64,000 bases of DNA from a virus. Positions 52,999 through 61,600 of the stretch are shown here, piece after piece (within the stretch, counting starts at the first letter, position 1; every line of letters begins with the position of its first letter). The stretch spans positions 1 to 64,000 of the IMG/VR virus record IMGVR_UViG_3300040770_000057; one strand, 5' to 3'. The notes under the pieces are model-generated. The model was not told where the DNA came from. It did not search any database and saw only the letters and a list, made by a program, of their open reading frames with translations. The translations under genes and the position numbers were made by a program.

Positions 52999-54939
52999 AT
53001 GTCACAGACACAAGCATACTTGCCGACACAACTTCAAGAGTACGTTCACAAATCACGCTACGCAAAGTGGCTGGATAAAGAACAACGCCGTGAGCATTGG
53101 CCTGAAACTGTCGAGCGATACGTCAATTACTTTGACAACAAGTTCCCACATTACCCCAAGCAAGAGATCCAAAGTGCAATCCAAAGTCTAGAAGTCATGC
53201 CTTCAATGCGTGCCTTGATGACTGCTGGACCAGCACTGGAACGTGACCCAATGGCAGGATTCAACTGTGCATTTGTGGCCATTGACCATGTACGTGCTTT
53301 CGATGAAATCCTGTACGTGCTCATGTGTGGCACTGGCATGGGCTTCACTGTCGAACGTCAGTTCATTGCCAAGCTTCCTATCGTTGGAGCCAGTGTTGTC
53401 ACTACCGAAGGTGAGCACGAAGTTCACACGGTTGATCAACTCACACCGATTGATGTGACCATCATGGTCAAGGACTCCAAATCGGGATGGGCAAATGCTT
53501 TTCGTGAATTGCTCAGCTTTTTGTACGCTGGCCGTATTCCAAAATGGGATGTGTCCAAGGTACGTCCTGCTGGAGCCAAACTGAAAACCTTTGGTGGCCG
53601 TGCATCTGGCCCACAACCTTTGGTTGACCTGTTCAAATTTGCAGTCGAAACCTTCAAAGCTGCTGTTGGCCGTAAGCTGACCTCGATTGAGTGTCACGAT
53701 TTGGTTTGCAAGATTGCAGACATTGTTGTTGTAGGCGGTGTCCGACGCTCTGCTCTGATCTCCCTGAGCAACTTGAGCGATGACCGTATGCGTGGAGCCA
53801 AGTCAGGTCAGTGGTGGGTTGCCGATCCACAACGAGCTTTGGCCAACAACTCCACTGCCTACACAGAGCGTCCTTCAGCAGAGATCTTCATGAAGGAATG
53901 GCTCTCACTGATTGAATCCAAATCTGGTGAGCGTGGTCTGTTCAATCGTCAAGCTGCATTCAAGAAAGCCAAGAGCCTTGGTCGTCGTATCTGGGAACTG
54001 ATCGTAGGCACAAATCCATGTGCTGAGATTTCACTTCGCAGCATGGGACTGTGCAACCTGACTGAAGCTGTGATTCGTGCAGGCGACACATTGGCAGTGA
54101 TCAAGGAAAAGATCCGTATCGCTGTGATTATGGGAACCTACCAATCCATGTTGGTCGATTTCCGGTATGTCCGTTCTACTTGGAAAAAGAACCAAGAAGA
54201 AGAGCGTTTGCTCGGTGTCTCGATGACAGGCATCATGGATCACGAAGTACTGTCCAAAGTGACTGACGAAGCACGGGCATGGCTGGATGAACTCCGTGAG
54301 CACGCCATTGCAGTGAACTTAGAATGGTCAACACTGTTGGGCATCAATCAATCAGTGGCCATCACTACAGTAAAGCCATCAGGCACTGTGAGCCAACTGG
54401 TTGATGCAGCCAGTGGTAAGCATGAGCGTTACGCAGAGTACTACATCCGTACTGTTCGTGGCGACATGAAAGATCCACTGACCCAACTGATGATCAAGCA
54501 AGGTTTCCCTTACGAGCCAGCAATTGGCAAAGAAGAAAGCACTGCTGTGTTCTCATTCCCTGTGAAAGCACCAGAGAATGCAGTGTTCCGTAATGACCGT
54601 ACTGCCATCCAGCAGCTTGAGCATTACATGATGTTCCAAGATCACTGGTCAGAGCACAACGTATCAAACACGATCTTCGTGAAAGATGCTGAGTGGCTTG
54701 AAGTCGGTGCATGGATCTACAAGCACTTTGACAAAGTTGCTGGTGTGAGCTTCCTGCCCCACAGCGATCACAGCTACCAGCAAGCTCCGTATCAGGAATG
54801 TGATGAAGCAGCCTACCTTGAACTGGCAGCAAAAATGCCAGCTTTCAATTGGGATGAACTCGCTGACTTTGAGAAGGATGACTCCACTGTGAACACCAAG
54901 GAATTGGCTTGCAGTGCTGGAGTCTGTGAAATTCTCTAA
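52999..54939 (+). CDS. nrdJ: class II (adenosylcobalamin-dependent) ribonucleotide reductase
   Basis: GTNPCAEISL catalytic loop, KPSGTVSQL, and C-terminal CSAGVCEIL redox pair. 646 aa. Confidence 0.8.
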   Translation: MSQTQAYLPTQLQEYVHKSRYAKWLDKEQRREHWPETVERYVNYFDNKFPHYPKQEIQSAIQSLEVMPSMRALMTAGPALERDPMAGFNCAFVAIDHVRAFDEILYVLMCGTGMGFTVERQFIAKLPIVGASVVTTEGEHEVHTVDQLTPIDVTIMVKDSKSGWANAFRELLSFLYAGRIPKWDVSKVRPAGAKLKTFGGRASGPQPLVDLFKFAVETFKAAVGRKLTSIECHDLVCKIADIVVVGGVRRSALISLSNLSDDRMRGAKSGQWWVADPQRALANNSTAYTERPSAEIFMKEWLSLIESKSGERGLFNRQAAFKKAKSLGRRIWELIVGTNPCAEISLRSMGLCNLTEAVIRAGDTLAVIKEKIRIAVIMGTYQSMLVDFRYVRSTWKKNQEEERLLGVSMTGIMDHEVLSKVTDEARAWLDELREHAIAVNLEWSTLLGINQSVAITTVKPSGTVSQLVDAASGKHERYAEYYIRTVRGDMKDPLTQLMIKQGFPYEPAIGKEESTAVFSFPVKAPENAVFRNDRTAIQQLEHYMMFQDHWSEHNVSNTIFVKDAEWLEVGAWIYKHFDKVAGVSFLPHSDHSYQQAPYQECDEAAYLELAAKMPAFNWDELADFEKDDSTVNTKELACSAGVCEIL

Positions 54940-55041
54940 AAAGTTATGTCACAAACCGGGGTTTTGCCGGGGAAAGACATAAGGGCAGTTTGCTGGTTCT
55001 GCGACTTGTAAAAACCAGCACATACAACCAAGGAGTTAACT

Positions 55042-55311
55042 ATGTCTAGACCAACATTTAGTCTTGAAACCCATCTTCGTGTTTACGATGATCAGAATGG
55101 ACAGTACCTTTTAGTAACTCCTGATGGCGATAGCACAGGCTGTGTTCAGCTATCTGCTGATGCATCACAAGAAGAGTACTGGGGAAAAATATGTCTGGTA
55201 GTTCAGCCCGGAATGGCTCGTTTATTGGCCAAAGCTTTGATTCAAGTAGCTGATTCACTTGACGAAGCTGAGACAGAAAGATTTCATCTTCTTGGACTAG
55301 CTCCAAAATAA
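55042..55311 (+). CDS. hypothetical protein
   Basis: 89 aa, AAGGAG SD. Last plus-strand gene. Confidence 0.6.
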   Translation: MSRPTFSLETHLRVYDDQNGQYLLVTPDGDSTGCVQLSADASQEEYWGKICLVVQPGMARLLAKALIQVADSLDEAETERFHLLGLAPK

Positions 55312-55340
55312 AAAAGCCCCTCGTTTGAGGGGCTTTTTTT
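55309..55340. terminator. bidirectional intrinsic terminator at the convergence point
   Basis: AAAAAAGCCCCTC-GTTT-GAGGGGCTTTTTTT. Overlaps the stop codons of both convergent genes. Confidence 0.85.
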
Positions 55341-55647
55341 ATCCTGACATTAACCCTTGTTTGAGGGCATAGCCCATTAAAGGCCATAGCTCCTTCCGAG
55401 CATTTTCAATTGCCAGAGTCTCGCCGTACTCAGGAATGTCATTCGCTGAACTGGCACATGCTGACGGTGAACCAGTAACGGCAAAACCAGATTTGGTAGT
55501 CAACACACCCCAACGAAGAATCTGCCCAGACTTGGTAATGTGCATGACAACCTCAGTGTCAATAATGTTTTCATCAAACATTTTTTGAGTGACACGAGGT
55601 GCGTCTTTACCTTCAACAGCCATCAGTTCTTCAATACCCAGTTTCAT
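55339..55647 (-). CDS. N4 gp49 / Sf6 gp66 family protein
   Basis: 102 aa. WGVLTTKSGFAVTGSPSACASSANDIPEYGETLAIENARKELWPLMGY fits my memory of that family. AGGAGA SD. Directly downstream of the vRNAP gene. Confidence 0.55.
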   Translation of the reverse strand: MKLGIEELMAVEGKDAPRVTQKMFDENIIDTEVVMHITKSGQILRWGVLTTKSGFAVTGSPSACASSANDIPEYGETLAIENARKELWPLMGYALKQGLMSG

Positions 55648-55677
55648 GACTTTCTCCTATAAAGCCTCAGTCTATCA

Positions 55678-58600
55678 TCAGTTGATCAGATTCCACCATG
55701 GGTTTAACGCTGGTGCAGTCAGACCCTGACCAATACCCATTGAGTTGCCAATGCGACCTTCAGCCAAGATGGTCAAGAAGTTGTCTTCCACTGGTGTACC
55801 GATGTTGCCAAACACTGGCACCGTTGGAATCATGCCAGCCAGCAGCACTTGCAATGGGTTGTTCCGAATCATCGAAGCAGCCACCTTTACAGAACGAATC
55901 TTGAAATTGTAGAACCACAGCAAGCCATTGCTTTCCAGTGAGCCACGGAACCTACCGGGCAGACGGTCATAGTTCACATACTCTTCAGAGATTTGAGCCA
56001 AAGCTTCAGCTTCAGTCTTGCCCTTGGTCTTCATCAAGTGGTCAAACAGAATCGCTTTACCCAAGAAGTCACCGTACTCAGTTGCTTTCTGAACAGCCTG
56101 GAATAGTGCTGTGTCCTTGGTCACCAAAGCATACTTGCCAGCAGTCTGAAGACTCTCGGGCAACTTGGAAACAGCGTTCTCCATGTAGGCGTGAAGCTTG
56201 CCCTCAGACAACAGGATCTCTTCACGAGAGATACCAGCATCAGAAATGGCACTGAACTCACCAGCATTGATCAAAGGCCAGATGCTCAGACGGCGGTAGC
56301 TGTCCTCAATCGACTTGATCTCAACACGCAGCTTGCCAGCTTTCAATGGATCATTGGCAGCAGCAAGAAGCTCAGCTTCAGCCTCAACGTGACGAATACG
56401 ATTCTTCACATACGAGTCAATCTCAGCAGTCTTACGTGGCATGTCACGATACAGAGTCACTGGCGACACACCACGACTCAGCAACTGAACCATGTTGGAA
56501 ACCAAGTTGCCAGCAGGCACGATCACAGACTTCATCACGATCAAAACTTTGGCATCCTTGATGTAGTTCTGGAGAACCTTTTCAGCGTTCACAAGGTACT
56601 TGTACGCATCAACACCCATGGTGCTGATAGCCAGCCGCTGGACGACCTTTGCAGTCTTTGGATCCCAGTGGGTTACCCCACTCCACAAATCACGCACAGA
56701 GGCTGCACGGTAGCCCACAGCATCGTTGATTATGTCTTTGCGAACCATGAACTCATTGCCGAAAACTTGTTCCACGTAGTCACGAACTTCTTTGCTCATG
56801 AGCTTCAGAGCATCAGCAGTTACCGGATCCAGTTTGTTGCCAAACAGATTTACGTACTCACTGCGATTGTTCCCACCTGTCTTCATGTCTTCGTCGTACA
56901 TAGCTTTCAGGTTGTCGATCAGCAGGTAATTCATTTCCTGACCTTTGACCTCTTCAACCTGACGACCACGCCACACACCAATCATCTTGGCCAGATGGGT
57001 ATCTTTCTCCAGCTTGTCAGCTTGAGCAGGATCAATGGAGCGTTCAAACGCAACCACAGAACCAGTGTCATCAAACACAGGCAGCAGTGGCGCAACAGAG
57101 TCTTGCTCACGAGCACGACGACGAAGCAGCTTGGCCAAGTACATTGGATCAACCGTATTGCCAGCAGTCATGCCATTGACCGTCAAGCCAGTCGTCAGAT
57201 CAACACCACCAGCAGTCTGGTTCACGTTCTGAAGCAGACCCTGAGTGAAGGCACCTTTACCACCGACAGGTGAGAAGTAGTAGCCCTTGCTTGCAAAGCC
57301 ACTTTCCAGATTGGAACCAACGTAATCACCAGTGCGAATGTAGCCACGCAAACGAAGCTCAGATGCTTGGCTGTCATCAGCCACGATCAAAGACACACCA
57401 GCTTTTTGTTCGCTTGGGATGTGGCCTTTGTAGGCATTTGCTTGAGCCATGGGATTGAGAGATGCTTTGCGATTCTCTTCCTCACGCTGACCAGTCAGGT
57501 AGGCCAGAGCAAAGTCAACACCCTCTGCTTCAGTCAAAACCAAAGCAGACAGTTCAACCATGTCAGCAGGAGAAATTTTCTCCAGAGCGTACAGAGACAC
57601 CAGTTGGTCAATCTCGTTGGACAGATCAACCGAAGTAGCCATACCACCTTCACCCCACAACTTGCCAATTGCGAATGAGTTGCGAAGCAGGTTCATACCA
57701 GCTTTGCCAGTCATCATGTACTCAGCCAGTTGCTTGGACTTTGCGATTTGCTTCTGACCATTCAGGGTAGATGCATCAGTCAGCACCTTCTCAAGACGCT
57801 TGATCTCAGCAGTACGAGCAGCAGTGTCAGTGATCAAACCAACAGTGGCAGCACGAGTACGGCCAGTGATCAACGAAGCAAGATCAGTCTTGCCCATTCC
57901 ACGGAACATAGCTGACCACTCACTATCCAGCAGTGGACGAGTGAACTTGCCTGCAATCACCGTGGGCACGTTCTCACGATATGCCTGACGGTCTTGCTGA
58001 ACCACAGAACGAACCTTCTTGATCATGTCCACGATCACAGCATTGGTCGAAGTACGGCCAATCAGATCAGAAAATAGTTCACGAATCGGACGAACCAAGT
58101 TGGTACGGTTCACGCCACTCATAACACCACGAGAAACAGCATCAGCTTTCTCTTCACTGACCAGCAGACTTGTCAGCTTCACAGCAGCATTCACAGCCTG
58201 AGCAGATTTACTGTTCGGGTTGTTCTTTGCAAGACGCTCTGTTTTGCTCAGTGCATAGTCAGACAGTGCATTCATGCCTTCAACAATCTTCGCATTCAGT
58301 TGGTTCACCCGACCAGTTGCGTTGTTGATTGTTGTTGCAACCAAGTTCTCATTACGCTCAGCCAGATCAATGATGTTCTCTGTCAGAGCATTGATCGCAG
58401 CTTGCACAGAAGGAGCACCTTTTGTGTTTGACAACGTAGCTGACAGATTCTCCATTGCATTCATGCCAAGGTTCTCAAGCACATTGTCAGCACTGTCGTT
58501 TTTGTTCAGACCAATTTTGGTTGGAGCCATCTTCGACAGCACAGCTCGAAGTTCATCATTGACGATGGCCATGCCAAGGAAAGCAGACAGTAAAGATGAA

Positions 58601-61600
58601 CGGCCCAGTGCATCAGTCTTGACCATGCTCTGACCCATCAGCCATTCATACTTCTTGCGAGCAGCGTCATACTCATTTGGATCCTGTGAAGTTGGATCAG
58701 CCATGAAGTCTTGAATGGTCAACTCTTTGGTCACTTGCGTGTACAAAGTTTGTGCCCTAGCCATTGATGCAGGATCAATCTTTGCTTGTGTAGCCAAAGC
58801 AGCAACGACACTTTGCAGAGTCGTTGACTCTTGCAGCGTCATACCAAACCCATTGGCCTGTGCATCCAAAGCCAAATCAGTTGCCCGTGCAATGGATGCA
58901 GCAATCACTTGATCAGCAGCCACAGTGGACGGTGCAGTGTTTAAGTAGGTCACAACCATGTTGTCAAACGCATCTTGAATACGCACCAAACGAGCATTGT
59001 CATTGGGGCTGGATTGCTTCAAGATGATCTGTTCATTTGGCACGGCAGTACCAGCAGTGCTCAGGTTTTTACCTTGCACTGCCATGATCACAGAGCTGTT
59101 GAACAGCAAATTGCTGAACACATCCTGACCAGCAGCAGGCACAGCTTTACGCCCAAACAGCAGCTTCTTGATCAGTGCAATTGTTTGCTCTGCAAGACGA
59201 GCCAAAGGATTGGCTTTCTCAGTTTTCAACACAGTAGCCAGATTCTGGTTTGCCAGTGCCCATGCCATGAATTCATTCAGTGCAGCAGCCTTGGCCACAG
59301 TAGGTGCCATCGTGTCATTGCCACTGAAACCGAGGATTGCCTGACGAGCATTGCGATAGGCAGCAATCAATTCAGGGCTACCAACAGCAGTCAGACGTTC
59401 CTCAGAATTCAGGAACTGAGCCATCAGCTTTTCCATGTTGGACACAGCCAAGCTCACCACAGCAGCTTCATTCCCTTGGATCTTGCCGTTGTAATGATCC
59501 ACCAAAGTTTCAATGGTAGAAGCATGTACCAATTCATGAACCAAAGTCTCAGCAGAGGGCTTGGCCAGATAGACAGTCTTGTCAATCGTAGAGGTCCAGC
59601 CACTGGTAACACCAGAGCGAACGTCAGCAGCATCTTCAGGGCTAGTAGCAAAAGCAGCCAGTTGATCAGGTGTACCGTAGATCACCTTGTAGCCTTTTGG
59701 AGCCAAGGAAGAAAGCACCTGTTCCAGCACCACAGCCATGTTGTCAGGAATACTGAATTCCTTCTGCAAGGTCTTCAAAGTGGACAGCACCAAAGTGCGA
59801 GTTCCATTTTTGGCTTTCTTGCCAGCAGTGCTCAGTTCAGTCGAAATGTCATCTGAACCAAAAGACTTCATGGCAGCAAGCTTTGCGTCGTAAGCCTCAT
59901 TCAACTCAGCAACAATCTCATCCAGATTAGTGGAAGTCAATTGCTTCTTGCCAGAAGTTTTGAACGGTGCAGCAGCAGAAGCCATCTGATCAACACTGAT
60001 TGAATAATCAGCAAGTACTTGCTTACGCACATCAGCATTGACAGCAGCGTTTTTAAGCGATGCACCCATAGACTTGACCTTGGCCAATGCGTCAGCAGCA
60101 GTCAATTCCTTGTCTGCAAAGATACGTTTGAAGTCAGTCAACATTGCATCAGTGATTGTCAGATCACCATTCAGCAACATGCCATCAAACGATTGAGACA
60201 CAGCCTTGAAAGGATTCCCTTTCCAGCTTTCAGTCACAGCTTCGTTTGATTTCTCACTGTCTTCAGTGATGGTGGACAGCTTCATGTTCATACCGTCGAA
60301 CACCTTCAGGGTTCCTTCAGGAGCACCCATCATGGTGGCAAGACGTTGCATCATCACACCGTCACCCATACCAATCACAAGGAATGGAATACCTTTGACA
60401 CCAGCATCACGAGGACCATACACGGAAGCAGGCATCTTGAAGCGATCTCCCAATGAGGCAGCAAGATTTGATTTGTTATCGTCAGCAGCATCACGGCCAG
60501 CAATGAAGTAACTTTGCTCTTCGGTCTGAACCAAAGGATGCAGGGCTTTCAATTGGCCCATTGCAGTCTTCAGATCTGCTTTCGACAAGAACTCACCCTT
60601 TGGCTTGGTAGCTTTGATCTTCTCCAAAATGCCCATGTAGGCATTGGCCATGAAGATCGACTGCACCTGAGTAGCTTGCTGAATAGTGTCTACACCAGCA
60701 GTCAGATCAGATCCCAAAGTATCGGTGATACCTTGACGAAGAGGGGTCACAAACAGCTTCAGCAAATTCTCAGAGAGATTGGAAATTTCATCAGCTTGCA
60801 GCGTGAAGTCTTTCGGGTTGCTGGCACTACGGTTATCAGCCGTAGGAGTCTTCTTGACATACATCTCGCCTTTGAATTCTTTAACCACTTCTTGAGTCAG
60901 GCTGTTCATGTCGTTGACGAAGTTGTCAAACTTCTTCTCACCACCAGCACCAAACATTGCTTCACCCCATGACATTTTTGTACCTGCCATTTTCTTGGCA
61001 GCGTCAGTCATGCGAGCATAGACAGCATCAAGCAAAGCTTGTGTGATTTTGGAAGAGACACCCTTTGCACCAGCACCATAGATCGTTACCGTCAGCGGAT
61101 TCTTCACCAGCTTACGATCAATATCCAAACCACCTTCACCATCATCTTTGATGAGATCAGGCAAGAACGTATTCATCAAAGACACAATGCTATTCATTTT
61201 GGATTCAATGACTGGCTGTTGCTTCAGAGATTGACGCATCGTTGCCAATGCTTTCTTGAAGCCATTGGCAGCAGTTTCGTACAAGTCAACATTACCACCT
61301 TGCTCTTTCATGCCACGGAATTCATTCATGGTCATATTGCCCAGACCAAGAAACAAACCACCCTTGCGAATGTTGTTGACCCACTCAGTAGTGAACTTGC
61401 CAGTAGTCATCAGCATCATTGCGTTGATCGGGCCATTGGTCACACCGTCAGCCTCAACGTAGAGCGAAGTAGTGAAAGCTTTTTTGGCTTCTACATCCAT
61501 TGCTTTGTAACGTGCATATTCCATCAGAGCATGGACAGCAACAGGAGTGAAGTCTTTACCCAGACGTTCCTTGATTGAAGCCATTTCATCTTGCGTCAGG

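Noticed and set aside
43337-54939. Inteins or group I introns in DNA polymerase, primase or nrdJ
   Set aside because: Protein lengths are ordinary and the catalytic motifs are contiguous and in order. The two HNH genes are free-standing, not inside host genes.
56191-57273. 360-aa plus-strand ORF and many 60-290-aa plus-strand ORFs (55698-63915) inside the vRNAP gene
   Set aside because: All are antisense shadows of a single 8.3-kb minus-strand frame that carries polymerase motifs. None has a start context, and all have low-complexity composition.
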